Source of the DNA: Candidatus Bathyarchaeota archaeon
GTDB taxonomy: Archaea; Thermoproteota; Bathyarchaeia; Bathyarchaeales; Bathycorpusculaceae
Assembly (NCBI GenBank): GCA_963717465.1
Contig: OY970340.1
Coordinates: 2,048,001-2,112,000, forward strand
Length of the DNA: 64,000 nt
Reading direction: 5' to 3'
The notes beneath the pieces were generated by a model that was not told the origin of the DNA, did not search any database, and saw nothing but the letters and a program-made list of their open reading frames with translations. Shown here piece after piece: positions 43,697 to 55,024 of the stretch. Numbering within the stretch: position 1 is the stretch's first letter; every line of letters starts with the position of its first letter. The position numbers and the translations under genes are program-made.

Positions 43697-45139
43697 TTAT
43701 TTGCTGTTTTGAAACAGTTCATTTACATATTCTTTTACTGTTTTGCCATGTTTTTTAGCTATTCTATATATGGCGCTATTTATTCCGGTAGAATATTGAA
43801 CTGCTTTTTTAGGTTTATCCGATATTGAACTAGGCAACCCAACATTCTTGGCCACTTTTCTCAGCACAAGTTTTCTTGGAGAGTCTTGATTGCTTTCAAA
43901 TTTTAATTCTAAAGGCAAATCTAATGCAAATTCGACAACGTCTAGCGATGCAAAAGGTAACCTTAATTCAACATTATGAAAAATGCAGATTTTCTCATCC
44001 CTTTCTAAGTTACTTTCATGAATGTTTACCACATCATTAAACATTGTCTTTCGTATCTCTTCAACTCCTTCACTGCAGTATTGTTTCACGTAACGTTGAT
44101 AACCTCCAAACAACTCATCTGCTCCCTGCCCAGCTAAAAGCACTTTAAATCCAGCCTCAGCAGCTTTCTCAGCCGTCCAAAAAAATGGCAATCCAATACT
44201 TGCTTTGATGGGATCAGCTTCCTCGATAATATCCACAATTTTAGGCAGCCCTGCCTCAACATCCGATTCTTTAAACAAGTGCACTTGCAAAGGCAGCTTC
44301 AAATAATCAGCAGCACGGATAGCTTCCTCCGTTTCGTTTTGGTTTTCCAAGCTTACGTGAATCAGGTTAACTTTCACTTTACACTTGCTAGCCAAAAAAG
44401 CAATTAAACTGCTATCTAATCCTCCTGAAAAAGCAACCGCAACCTCCTTAACATCCACAAGTCGCTGCTGAACTGATTGCTCAATTAGCTTCTGCAGCGT
44501 TTCAGCCGCTTGTGGCATTGTACTGGATTTGGGATTTGAATAAGCAAATGTTTTAACTGCGTTAAACTCGAAGCCATCCTTGTTTGCAAAAGCTAAATGC
44601 CCTGGTGGAAAAGACGATACTTTCTCCAATCCGAGTTTCCATAATGCTTTCCTGTTTGAAGCAACTGCAACAAACTTTTTGTTTTCACCAAAATAAAGAG
44701 GCATAACTCCCACCGGATCTCTTCCCGCGAAAAAGCAATCATTTTTGACGAATACGAACGAGTATTCACCGTCCGCTTCGTTAATTATTCTCTCTAATAC
44801 CTTTTCACTTTTGTTTAGGTGATTAGCTATCTGCTCCATAATTGAAGGTTTTAACGTTGATGCGTATGTTCTTCCTTCAAAAAATAATGATCCTTTTTCA
44901 GTTTTTAAAAATTCACGGGTATAAATTGGATGCATTTTTGAATGGGCATAGCTAACAACTGAATTCGAATTAATCTCCCGTCTTGTTATGGCATCCATGT
45001 CCTTTTCTTTTAGGATTTCTGTGGGTGAGACGAGCCCAAAGCTTGATGGAGCATCAGCATATAATGAATTAAGTGCCTCTAATACCGAAGGAACGGCGTT
45101 TTCACCCTGCTTATTTATTGCCGCAATGATGGTTTTCAT
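43697..45139 (-). CDS. Asparagine synthase-like protein
   Basis: RDPVGVMPLY, SGGLDSS, GQGADELFGGY, ELRLPF; lacks N-terminal Cys. Confidence 0.85.
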   Translation of the reverse strand: MKTIIAAINKQGENAVPSVLEALNSLYADAPSSFGLVSPTEILKEKDMDAITRREINSNSVVSYAHSKMHPIYTREFLKTEKGSLFFEGRTYASTLKPSIMEQIANHLNKSEKVLERIINEADGEYSFVFVKNDCFFAGRDPVGVMPLYFGENKKFVAVASNRKALWKLGLEKVSSFPPGHLAFANKDGFEFNAVKTFAYSNPKSSTMPQAAETLQKLIEQSVQQRLVDVKEVAVAFSGGLDSSLIAFLASKCKVKVNLIHVSLENQNETEEAIRAADYLKLPLQVHLFKESDVEAGLPKIVDIIEEADPIKASIGLPFFWTAEKAAEAGFKVLLAGQGADELFGGYQRYVKQYCSEGVEEIRKTMFNDVVNIHESNLERDEKICIFHNVELRLPFASLDVVEFALDLPLELKFESNQDSPRKLVLRKVAKNVGLPSSISDKPKKAVQYSTGINSAIYRIAKKHGKTVKEYVNELFQNSK

Positions 45140-45561
45140 CTAGTTTACCACTCTTCAAGTATTAATTTGATATTGGCTTTGCAAGATATTAATAAAATAC
45201 GTTTCTCACGTAATTTTAAAAGAATATTTTCGCAAAGCATATTCTTTTGTTAACACGCTTGAGAGTAACACTTAAAGGTTTATGGAAATAGTTTTTTTTG
45301 GCTAAAGCTGTAGTGTTGTATTCTGACGCTATTTCCCCTGCGCTGAAGAACCCTTTGTCTGCCACATGTTTGATGCTTTATTGTTTTTGCCGTAGAATCA
45401 AACTTATTCTATCTTAAAATGCCTTTGACTGCTCTGTTGTAATGTAACAAGAGATAGAGTTTTCAGCTAAAAGCTTTTTAAATAGAGCAATAGCTTGTTG
45501 TCAATAATTCAATTAAGTTTAAACGAGGAAAAAGGAAGATTGTGCTTAAAAGCGCGGGATG

Positions 45562-45867
45562 TTATTCTTGAAGTTCTTTCTGGATGGCATCAATTTTTTT
45601 GACGAGGTCATTAACATTAGACTTTATTTCTGAAAGTTCTGTCGACATTTGCGCTAATGCTTTGGTTGAGGGTTTTTCACTGTCCATTTTCGTTTGGAAG
45701 TATTCAAGTCCGAATCCTACTATAAGGGTTACAACGAAGGCAGTCATAACGAGTAAGGCAACAGCTATGTCCGTTCCCCAGTTAATTCCTCCTACCGCAA
45801 GATACATGGCAGCTATCACGGTTACAGCTAACCAAGCAAATCCGAGTATTACTGGTCTAGAATCCAT
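45562..45867 (-). CDS. Small membrane protein with coiled-coil tail
   Basis: Two TM helices; overlaps the ArsR-like gene end. Confidence 0.7.
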   Translation of the reverse strand: MDSRPVILGFAWLAVTVIAAMYLAVGGINWGTDIAVALLVMTAFVVTLIVGFGLEYFQTKMDSEKPSTKALAQMSTELSEIKSNVNDLVKKIDAIQKELQE

Positions 45868-46170
45868 TGTTTTCCACCTCCTTTCTAAGGATTTGAGGAG
45901 TCAATTTTACGGTAAAATCTTGAAGCTTGTAATAACGAAGGGCCTTTGCTTCTCCTTCAACTATTTCAACTCTGCTTACTACCAAACCAGCTTTCTCAAG
46001 CTTCTTAAGGTGTACCTTTGCCAGCGCTCTGTTCACGCCCAAATTATTCGCAATTTCATTCAAATACATCTCTTTACTGGCAAGCAACGACACAATCCTA
46101 ATCCTCAAAGGATGACCTAAAGCATCCAAAGTTCTTGCAAGCTCAATGATTTTAGACGTGCTTTAGGCAT
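45857..46170 (-). CDS. ArsR-family winged-helix regulator (5' frameshift likely)
   Basis: DALGHPLRIRIVSLL...HLKKLEKAGLV. Confidence 0.85.
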
Positions 46171-46229
46171 CTTCCTGCAGTCAAGTTATTTTAGGCCTCA
46201 TCCTCTACCTTGCGCTTTCATAACGGTTG

Positions 46230-46901
46230 CTAGGGCTTGGAGGCAATTGATGATGGGTTGAATCCTTTGACTATGAGCCATGCTGCTAGTACCATTTCTT
46301 GTATCGCTATTGGAAGAGCTAAAACGGTTAAGAAAGCGCTAAACATTCCCAATAAGCCCGCTGTTAGCACTAATACGGCTCCAATAAGACCCCAGATTGA
46401 CAACCAAAGGGGAACAAGTTTTGATTTATACAATAAGCAGTAGAACATTAGAGCGCCTATACCGAAAATAATCGGATTCAATGGAAAAATCCAGCCAAGT
46501 GCGCCTTGTAATAGAGCGCCTGAAGTTTGATAATAGGAAGTAGCCGGTGACCCTGCGTTGACATATTGTTGACTTAAAGTTACCAGTAATAGTAAGCATA
46601 TGGTATTTGCAATTAGGGTTACGGACTCCAAAATTCTGATGCTAAAATAGCCTAGAGCCACTCCTTGATTGTATCGTTTAAGGATAGGAAATAGCATAGC
46701 TGGAATTAGAGCAATTGAGATAGCAGCACCCAGTGTAAAGAGCGCTCCTATTATCACTTGGTTTTCATTAGTGGAAGCTTTAACAAGATAATCTGAAGCC
46801 CCTGTTATTGGTCCAGTAAGTGCACTGCCTACCAGAGATAAAACAGTGGCAAGTATGAATAATATTCCAACTATTATTGCAGTTTTTCTACTTAAGTCCA
46901 T
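46230..46901 (-). CDS. DUF4386-like membrane protein
   Basis: TAIIVGILFILA, LYKSKLVPLWLSIWG, EMVLAAWLIVKGF. Confidence 0.8.
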   Translation of the reverse strand: MDLSRKTAIIVGILFILATVLSLVGSALTGPITGASDYLVKASTNENQVIIGALFTLGAAISIALIPAMLFPILKRYNQGVALGYFSIRILESVTLIANTICLLLLVTLSQQYVNAGSPATSYYQTSGALLQGALGWIFPLNPIIFGIGALMFYCLLYKSKLVPLWLSIWGLIGAVLVLTAGLLGMFSAFLTVLALPIAIQEMVLAAWLIVKGFNPSSIASKP

Positions 46902-46936
46902 TTTTTTATGTTCCTCCTTAGTTTTAAATTAATTAC

Positions 46937-46956
46937 ATGTAACTAAAATGTTACAT
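46937..46956. promoter_or_regulatory. Palindromic operator candidate
   Basis: ATGTAAC-N6-GTTACAT upstream of the DUF4386-like gene. Confidence 0.5.
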
Positions 46957-47064
46957 TTAAACTTTGCCAAAGCCAATAAAAAATTTGCCTAAAGGGCAAT
47001 AGCTAAATAATGGTTTGAAACAATAATCTTTAATCTGCATATCTTTTCAGCGAGGAAGCAATAC

Positions 47065-48404
47065 TTGCCCATCTTACCTATAGATACTGGTCGATATGGA
47101 ACCAAGGAAATGTTAAATGTTTTTGTTGAAGAAAACAGGCTTCAAAAATTGCTTGATGTTGAAGCCGCGTTAGCTTTGGCACATGCGGAAGTTGGGAATA
47201 TCCCAAGCAAAGACGCTGAAAAAATTGCTGTGATGGCTTCGACCAAGTATGTTAAAGTAGAACGTGTTAAAGCGATTGAGAAAGAAATTAAGCATGATAT
47301 AGCTTCACTTGTTCGTGCGTTATCTGAGGTCTGTGGTTCAAGCGGTGCTTATGTGCATTTAGGAGCGACGAGTTACGATATTGTGGACACTGCTAACGCG
47401 TTACAGTTAAAAGATGCAGCTTTCAATAATAGAGAAAAAACTAGTTGCTTTGAATGAGATATTGCAAAAACAGGCAAGCCAGTATAAATCCACTGTGATG
47501 ATTGGTAGAACACATGGGCAACATGCTTTACCGATTACTTTAGGCTTCAAATTTGCAGTCTGGGGCTATGAGATCTCACGGCACATGCAACGATTGGAAG
47601 ATTGCAAAAAACGCGTTTTAGTCGGGAAAATAAGTGGAGCAGTTGGTACGCAAGCGGGTTTAGGTGAACATGCTCAGCTTATTCAAGAGCTTGTAATGAA
47701 GCGATTAAACATTGATGCTGCAGAGATTTCAACACAAATTGTTCAACGCGACCGCTACGCAGAATTAATCTGCCTTTTAGCATCAGTTGCCTCTTCGCTG
47801 GAGAATTTTGCGACTGAAATACGAGAACTGCAAAGACCTGAAATAGGTGAACTTTTTGAGTCTTTTGAAGAGAAAAAGCAAGTTGGTAGCTCCACAATGC
47901 CGCATAAACAAAACCCAGAAACATGCGAAAGAGTCTGCGGTTTAGCTAGAATCGTTCGAAGCTTAGTGATTCCATCTTTAGAAGACGTTGTTACTTGGCA
48001 TGAACGGGATTTAACTCAATCCTCAGCTGAACGATTCATTCTTCCAGAATCATGCATCTTACTTGATTACATCCTGAATTTAATGTGTAATATTGTGGCA
48101 AACTTGCGAGTTGACGAGCAGAAAATGCTGCAGAACCTGGAGTTAACTCAAGGAAGAGCAATGTCCGAATCAGTCATGATGGCGCTAACAAGAAAAGGCG
48201 TCAATAGACAAGAAGCCCATGAACTACTCAGAAAACTAGCGATAAAAAGCAATTCTGAAAAACAAGACTTCAAAGACAATTCTCATGGACGACAAATTTG
48301 TAAGCAGCAAGCTGAACGAAAAAGAAATCAACGATGCTTTAAATCCAAAGAAGTACTTGGGGACGGCAATTGAACAAGCCGAAAAATTTGCTAAAACTGA
48401 GTGA
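47065..48404 (+). CDS. purB: Adenylosuccinate lyase (two frameshifts)
   Basis: HLGATSYD, GRTHGQHA, GSSTMPHKQNP signature. Confidence 0.95.
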
Positions 48405-48453
48405 CAAATGAAGAGTTACAAAGTTTTATTGAATTAGGACTCAGGGATGAATT

Positions 48454-48765
48454 ATGGTAACAAAATTGAAAATAGACCCTGGTAACTGCTTGATAAAGGC
48501 AATTGTGACTGTTCAGAAAAAGATTCCTAACGAACGAAAGAATCCGCAAATGGCAGTTGATATTTTTATTGAAACGTCATGCAAAAATTTGGATGCGTTT
48601 AAAGAGAAGTTTAAGACTGTTACCATGGCAACTTATCCACAGATTATGCAAGAAGCTATACCTCATTGTATTTGTCCCATTCCTTTAGGTGTTGCCAAAG
48701 CTTGCGAAATGGAAATGGGCTTAGGCTTAAAAAAAGACATAAAATATGAGATTGAAAAAGAATAA
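48454..48765 (+). CDS. Small Cys-containing protein (DUF6951-like)
   Basis: DPGNC, TSC, HCICPIP...KACEMEMGL pattern. Confidence 0.55.
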   Translation: MVTKLKIDPGNCLIKAIVTVQKKIPNERKNPQMAVDIFIETSCKNLDAFKEKFKTVTMATYPQIMQEAIPHCICPIPLGVAKACEMEMGLGLKKDIKYEIEKE

Positions 48766-48795
48766 CTGACTTTTCCATGAGTTTTTATGCACGGT

Positions 48796-50038
48796 TTATT
48801 TTCTTATTTGTCCATTTCCAAGAATAACGTATTTTGTTGTTGTCAAATGCTGTACGCTCATTGGTCCTCTTGCGTGAAGTTTCTGTGTGCTTATGCCAAT
48901 TTCTGCTCCTAAGCCAAACTGGTTGCCATCAGTGAATCGTGTGGATGCATTCCAGTAAACTGCTGCTGAATCAACTTCCCGTATGAACCGCATTGCCTTG
49001 TCAAAATTGGCTGTTAGAATTGAATCTGAATGTTTAGTTCCGTACTTGTTAATGTGAGCTATTGCTTCAGTTAAGTTTTCAACAACTTTTACGCCCATGA
49101 TTAAATCAAGGTATTCAGTGTACCAGTCTTCTTCACTTGCAGCTTTCACGTCAGGAACAATCTTGCGTGTTTCATTGCAGCCTCTAACTTCTACGCCTTG
49201 CTTTCGAAGAGCAGCAATAACAGTTGGCAAATAACTTTTAGCAATTTTACTGTGAACCAGCAGTTTCTCTGCTGCATTGCAGGTTCCTGGACGTTGACAC
49301 TTCGCGTTAACTACAATAGCAGTTGCCTTCTCTAAATCAGCATCTTCTTCAACGTACACATGGCAATTGCCTGTTCCAGTTTCAATCACAGGAATTCTTG
49401 ACTTTTCCACGACAGTATTTAATCAAGTCAGCTCCGCCACGGGGAATAAGCACGTCAATGTACTCTCGCATACGCATAAGCTCTTCAGCAACGCTTCGCT
49501 CAGGAGAAGCAACTACTTGAACAGCATCCGCAGTAACGCCGCAAGCAATCAAAGCAGATCTTAGCACCTCGCCAATGCTACATTAGAGTTTAATGGCGTC
49601 TGAGCCGCCTCGAAGAATAACAGCATTTCCTGATTTAAGGCAGATTCCTGCTGCATCAGAAGTTACATCAGGGCGTGATTCGTAAATTACGCCAACAACA
49701 CCTAAAGGTACGCGGACTTGGCTGATTATCAAGCCGTTAGGTCTTGTCCACGTGTTAACAATCATGCCTATAGGATCATTTAAGGCTGAGACTTCTCTTA
49801 AGCAGTTTGCCATATTCTGAATTTTGCGTTTATCAAGCAAAAGTCGATCTAAAAGTGAAGCTTTAAGTCCTTTAGCTTTTGCAGCTTCAACATCCGCCTT
49901 GTTGGCCTCAATAATCTTATCCGTATCGGCAACGAGTGCATCAGCCATCTTGCAAAGTACTTGGTTTTTTGTTTCAGAAGAAAGCTTTGCTAACTCGACT
50001 GAAGCTGCTTTTGCTTTCTTGCAGATTTCCAGAATCAT
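48796..50038 (-). CDS. proA: Gamma-glutamyl phosphate reductase (two frameshifts)
   Basis: RVPLGVVGVIYESRP, IPRGG, CNAAE, NASTRFTDG, KLHARGP. Confidence 0.95.
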
Positions 50039-50039
50039 T

Positions 50040-51164
50040 TCATTTCTCTCCGCTTGTTAAATGAATGTTTCTGTGCTCAATTACATCTTTTGGTTTTACG
50101 CTTAATTTTTTTTCTACTTCTGATACCTGTAGCCCTCTGATTAGGTTTAACTCGCCACTATTATAATTCGGGTTCCCCTTTGCGAACTCGACTCCATCCG
50201 CATCGACGATACTTACGACGTCACCATCATGAAAGTGGCCTACAACACGAATTATTCCAACAGGCAGTAGACTTGAACCTTCAAGAATGGCTTTTTTTGC
50301 TCCTTCATTTACGAAGATTTGTCCTTTTACTGCTGCTCCGTAAGCGATCCAACGTTTGACGGCTCGCATTTTATTTTGAGGCTTAAAGTAAGTGCCAACA
50401 TCCTTGCCTGCAAGAACATCAACAATAACGTTTTCTCTTCGGCTGTTCGCTATCACAACAGGTATTCCGCAAGAGGTGGCGATTTCGGCAGCTTTTATTT
50501 TGCTTTGAATTCCGCCTCGACCCAACTTGCTTTTTCCCTTCAGTGAATCCTTAAGTTCAGGTGTAATCGCATCTACAGTCTTTATCATGGTTGCGTTTGG
50601 GTCGCTTGGGTCTTTCGTGTATAAGCCTTCAACATCAGAAAGTATAATTACCAAGTCAGCACCAACAGCGCTTGCGACAAGAACCGACAGAATATCATTA
50701 TCGCTAAAATTAACTCTGTAGCCTTCAGATTGTCTTAACTCATCTACAGAAGTAACGTCATTCTCATTAATTATGGGTATAACACCTGTTTTTAGAAGCA
50801 TTTCAAGAACGTTACAGGTGTGCAGGTACGAAGCCCTGTTAGAAAGATCTTCAGCAGTCAGCAAAATCTGTGCAACCTTCAAGTTATGACTTTTGAAGAA
50901 TTCACGGTATTTAGCCATAAGTACACTTTGCCCAGTTGCAGCACTAGCCTGCTGAAAAACCACATCATTAGGTTTAGGAGTAATTCCAAGTTCAGCTATT
51001 CCAGCTGCCACCGCACCGGATGTGACCAGAATAATCTTATCCCCGTTCTTTGTTGCAGCGGCGATTTGACTGGTTAACCGTTGCATTTCTGTTTCGTCGA
51101 GTTTTCCTTTGCTTGTTGTTATTCCGCTCGTGCCAACTTTGATAACAATTAATTTTGAAGGCAT
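50040..51164 (-). CDS. proB: Glutamate 5-kinase with PUA domain
   Basis: IVIKVGTS, VTSGAV, INEND, FSDND, GRGGIQSK; start set at MPSK. Confidence 0.95.
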   Translation of the reverse strand: MPSKLIVIKVGTSGITTSKGKLDETEMQRLTSQIAAATKNGDKIILVTSGAVAAGIAELGITPKPNDVVFQQASAATGQSVLMAKYREFFKSHNLKVAQILLTAEDLSNRASYLHTCNVLEMLLKTGVIPIINENDVTSVDELRQSEGYRVNFSDNDILSVLVASAVGADLVIILSDVEGLYTKDPSDPNATMIKTVDAITPELKDSLKGKSKLGRGGIQSKIKAAEIATSCGIPVVIANSRRENVIVDVLAGKDVGTYFKPQNKMRAVKRWIAYGAAVKGQIFVNEGAKKAILEGSSLLPVGIIRVVGHFHDGDVVSIVDADGVEFAKGNPNYNSGELNLIRGLQVSEVEKKLSVKPKDVIEHRNIHLTSGEK

Positions 51165-51343
51165 AATCTTCAACTCTTTTTCTCTTCGAAATGGTGCAAA
51201 CAGTGCAGTAATTGAAAATATGTTTCTCTTATTTAAAAATGCAACCGACAACAACACAAAAAGGCATAAAAAAGGAGATTTTCGCCAAAAACAAGGAAAA
51301 AATATATTAACCAAATAAGCAACCCTCTGACAGGTTATTCAAC

Positions 51344-53515
51344 ATGAATATAGCACTTGATATCCTAACCATTAATTCACCCCTCATATTTTGGATAGCA
51401 CCAATAGCAGGAGTAATCGCATTAATTACATCGATGCTATTGATGTGGAAAATTGGAAGAATGAGCCAGGGCTCACCAAAAGCAATTGAAGTGGGAAAAG
51501 CTATACGCGTTGGTGCCTACGCATTTTTAAAAAGGCAATATTCAACAATCGCAGTTATCATCGCGGTTGTTTTCGTTTTAATCGCGGTATTTCTAAATAA
51601 TCCTTCAATTCCATATTCAGGCCTAAAAACTGCTGCTGCTTTTTTGGTTGGTGCTGTTGCATCCTTAACAGCGGGTTATATTGCAATGGATAATGCCACG
51701 AAAGCGAACGTTCGAACAGTCGCCGCAGGCAAAGACGGGCCAAACAAAGCTCTTCAAACTGCATTTTATGGCGGAGCAACAATGGGCTTTGCAGTAGTAG
51801 GCTTATCCCTTTTAGCCGTAAGTTTAATGTTTCTACTCTATGGCGGTTGGGGTGCTTTATTCGGCGGATCTGCAGATAGCACATTAGGTGTCCAAGCAGC
51901 CACAGCAATTATCGGCATGGGTTTTGGTGCATCATTAATTGCCTTGTTTGCTCAACTCGGCGGAGGCATATACACTAAAGCCGCAGATATTGGAGCGGAC
52001 TTAGTAGGCAAAGTCGAAGCTGGTATTCCGGAAGATGACCCAAGAAACCCGGCAGTTATTGCCGATAACGTTGGAGATAACGTTGGTGACTCAGCTGGAC
52101 GTGGAGCAGACTTGTTTGAGTCTGCCGTTGTAGAAAACATCGGTGGCATGGTTATAGGTGGTATCGTCAGTGCTGCAACAGGCAACATATTGTTCCTGAT
52201 TTTCCCGTTGATTGTTCGTGCTCTCGGTGTCTTCGCAACCTTATGCGGCATGCCATTTGTGAAACTAAATCAAAATGAAATAAAAAACCCGATGAGGGCA
52301 CTCCGCAAAGGCTTAACCGTAACAACTATTGTCTCTGCAGTAATCTTCTTAATAGTTTCAATACTCTTCTTTGGCACGTACTGGTATTACATATTTGGCT
52401 GTTTACTTATCGGATTAATCTCAAGTGTTCTTATCGATCAAATAACAGATTACTATACTGGACGTGACAGAAAACCAGTCTACAGCATCGCTGAAGCCAG
52501 CAAAACTGGAAGCGCAACAAACATCATTACTGGAATTGCGGTTGGCTTAGAAACAACTGCTTTGCCCATAATTACTCTAGTAATAGCATTAATTATTTCG
52601 TACTTTTTAGGCTCACAATTTGGAGCGCAAATTGGAATAAATCCTTATTACGGAGGCGTTTACGGAACAGCGTTAGCAACGATGGGTATGCTTGCAGTAA
52701 TGGGAATGATCTTAGCTTTAGACGGGTTTGGTCCAATTGCTGATAATGCTGCAGGTATTGCAGAAATGGCAGGAGAAAAAATTGGCATTGACACAATGGA
52801 AGCTCTTGACGCAGTTGGGAACACAACTAAAGCTTTAACGAAAGGTTTTGCTTTAGGTTCAGCTTTGCTTGCTGCACAGTTACTCTTCCAAGCGTACGGT
52901 TCAGAAGTTATAGCTTACTACCACTTGAATATCTCAGTCTTCACCATTGACATTGCAAACCCCATAGTACTAGCTGCAGGATTTATCGGTGCAATGCTTC
53001 CGTTCATATTCTCTTCAAGAGCCATTGCCGCAGTCGGAAAAGCAGCCACTCAAATGGTCAACGAAGTCAGACGTCAATTCAGGGAAATCCCAGGTATCAT
53101 GGATGGCACAGGAAAACCAGAATACGATAAAGCCGTAGACATCAGCACTCGAGCAGCCTTGAAAGGCATGATAGTTCCAGGTATAATCGTCGTTGCCGTT
53201 CCAGTGATAATGGGCATTTTCTTAGGTCCAATTGCGGTCGGCGCAGTCGTCGTTGGAGTTACTATAACAGGCGTTCCATTAGCATTGTTCATGAACACTG
53301 GCGGTGGCGCATGGGATAACGCTAAGAAATTCATTGAATCAGGTAACTTTGGCGGTAAGAAGTCTCCTGCTCATCAAGCTGCAGTTGTAGGCGACACTGT
53401 TGGCGATCCGTTAAAAGACACTGCTGGTCCAAGCCTTCATGTGCTTATAAAACTGATGGGTACGCTGTCAATTGTGTTTATTCCGCTGTTCCTTGGCCTT
53501 CTACATTTAATCTAA
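51344..53515 (+). CDS. hppA: Membrane-bound H+-translocating pyrophosphatase, K+-independent type
   Basis: GGGIYTKAADIGADLVGKVE, DNVGDNVGD, GNTTKA (Lys), GDTVGDPLKD. Confidence 0.96.
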   Translation: MNIALDILTINSPLIFWIAPIAGVIALITSMLLMWKIGRMSQGSPKAIEVGKAIRVGAYAFLKRQYSTIAVIIAVVFVLIAVFLNNPSIPYSGLKTAAAFLVGAVASLTAGYIAMDNATKANVRTVAAGKDGPNKALQTAFYGGATMGFAVVGLSLLAVSLMFLLYGGWGALFGGSADSTLGVQAATAIIGMGFGASLIALFAQLGGGIYTKAADIGADLVGKVEAGIPEDDPRNPAVIADNVGDNVGDSAGRGADLFESAVVENIGGMVIGGIVSAATGNILFLIFPLIVRALGVFATLCGMPFVKLNQNEIKNPMRALRKGLTVTTIVSAVIFLIVSILFFGTYWYYIFGCLLIGLISSVLIDQITDYYTGRDRKPVYSIAEASKTGSATNIITGIAVGLETTALPIITLVIALIISYFLGSQFGAQIGINPYYGGVYGTALATMGMLAVMGMILALDGFGPIADNAAGIAEMAGEKIGIDTMEALDAVGNTTKALTKGFALGSALLAAQLLFQAYGSEVIAYYHLNISVFTIDIANPIVLAAGFIGAMLPFIFSSRAIAAVGKAATQMVNEVRRQFREIPGIMDGTGKPEYDKAVDISTRAALKGMIVPGIIVVAVPVIMGIFLGPIAVGAVVVGVTITGVPLALFMNTGGGAWDNAKKFIESGNFGGKKSPAHQAAVVGDTVGDPLKDTAGPSLHVLIKLMGTLSIVFIPLFLGLLHLI

Positions 53516-53534
53516 ACAATACTGTATGGTGGAT

Positions 53535-53837
53535 TTACTCCACCCAACTTTCCTCTTTGATCTTATCTGCAAGTTCTATGCCGCTTTGGGTTAGACAAAA
53601 AATTTTGTAGGTGTTTCTTCCGCTTCTAGTTACTCGGGTGTCTTCTGTAAATAATTGAGCATCACGCAAAAGTTCACAATTCTTCAAATCTGAAGATGGC
53701 ATAAGCATGCCTTCACTTGACTCAAGATACATGATGCAATGGTCTTTATTATCTAATGCAGCAAGCAAGTACTTCTTGAAAACTCCGACTCGGTTGGCGA
53801 TATATTCAGAAAGGTACGAACCTAAAACTTGAGACAT
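53535..53837 (-). CDS. Hypothetical protein (possible winged helix)
   Basis: 100-aa ORF with LTQSG wHTH-like end. Confidence 0.55.
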   Translation of the reverse strand: MSQVLGSYLSEYIANRVGVFKKYLLAALDNKDHCIMYLESSEGMLMPSSDLKNCELLRDAQLFTEDTRVTRSGRNTYKIFCLTQSGIELADKIKEESWVE

Positions 53838-53923
53838 AATACTAGGTTAAAAAACAAACAAATTTAAGTGTTCTCTTCAGTTCAAATACTGCAACATCAA
53901 CATTTGTAAGTCGTGATTCAGAT

Positions 53924-54997
53924 TTGAAGATTATTGAAAAAAACCTCAGGCAAGGATTCGTTAAGGTTGTTCCAGATTCACAGGATGATCTTTGGCATCT
54001 GTATAATGTCATTTACAAAGGTGATGAAGTCTACGCTTATACGTCAAGAGCCATAAAAAATGACACTGAAAGTTCACGCCCAAAAAGTGGTGAACGATTC
54101 TCAGCCTTCATGGGTGTGACAGTCGAGTCGGTTGGCTGGGATAAGTTTCTTGGTAAACTGCGTGTTCACGGTTTAATCTGTCACGCTCCAGAGATTGTTC
54201 CCACTGGCGCGCATCATACGATTAGCATTGCTTTGAATCATCCTTTAACAATCGTTAAAAAAGAATGGCCAAAACACCTCTTAGATCGGCTTGTTCGGGC
54301 GAGTGAGGTTGAAAAGCCGATTTTGATTATTTCGATTGACGATGAAGGATTCGCCATAGCTGAAACTAAGCAGTACGGTGTTGAAATTAAGGTTGAAGAA
54401 AGAATGAGGTTGCCTGGGAAACTTGAAGCTGACAAACGCGTTGAAGCTACAAAAGCCTATTTCCGCCGTGCCCTTAACGCCCTAACTCAATTGTGGAGTC
54501 CCAATCACAACGCAATCGTAATTATCGGTGTGGGCTTTGTGAAAAATGATTTTGCAAAATACTTGTCTGATGAAGCAAAAGAAATTTCGCACGCAGTAGT
54601 TGATGTAAAAAGCGTCAACAACGGTGGAACAGCAGGAATATATGAAGCTCTACGTTCAGGCGTCTTGTTAAAGGCATCTCACAAACTGCGGATTGTCGAA
54701 GAAACAGAGACCATGGAGGAAATACTGAAGCGACTTGGCAAGGGTGAAGGAACAATTACTTATGGGTTAGAATCCGTCGAAAAGGCAATTATGATGGGTG
54801 CGGTCGAAAAACTTGTTCTTGCCGACACAGCGTTACGTGATGCAGGTGATGATCAAAGATTAAAACTTGAAGAGTTGATGCGTGACGTGGAAAAGCGGAA
54901 TGCAAGCGTAACAGTCATTAGTACAGAGCATGAAGCAGGCTCAAAACTCCTTTCACTTGGTGGAATTGCAGCCCTGCTTAGGTTCCCTATCCAATAA
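53924..54997 (+). CDS. pelA: mRNA surveillance protein Pelota
   Basis: DDLWHLYN, LRVHG, GAHHT, LGGIAALLRF. Confidence 0.95.
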   Translation: MKIIEKNLRQGFVKVVPDSQDDLWHLYNVIYKGDEVYAYTSRAIKNDTESSRPKSGERFSAFMGVTVESVGWDKFLGKLRVHGLICHAPEIVPTGAHHTISIALNHPLTIVKKEWPKHLLDRLVRASEVEKPILIISIDDEGFAIAETKQYGVEIKVEERMRLPGKLEADKRVEATKAYFRRALNALTQLWSPNHNAIVIIGVGFVKNDFAKYLSDEAKEISHAVVDVKSVNNGGTAGIYEALRSGVLLKASHKLRIVEETETMEEILKRLGKGEGTITYGLESVEKAIMMGAVEKLVLADTALRDAGDDQRLKLEELMRDVEKRNASVTVISTEHEAGSKLLSLGGIAALLRFPIQ

Positions 54998-55024
54998 TTG
55001 AATTCGATCACAAACTTAAATTTT

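Noticed and set aside
51165..51314. 50-aa N-terminal extension of ProB
   Set aside because: Low-complexity intergenic sequence; family homology starts at MPSKLIVIK (51164).
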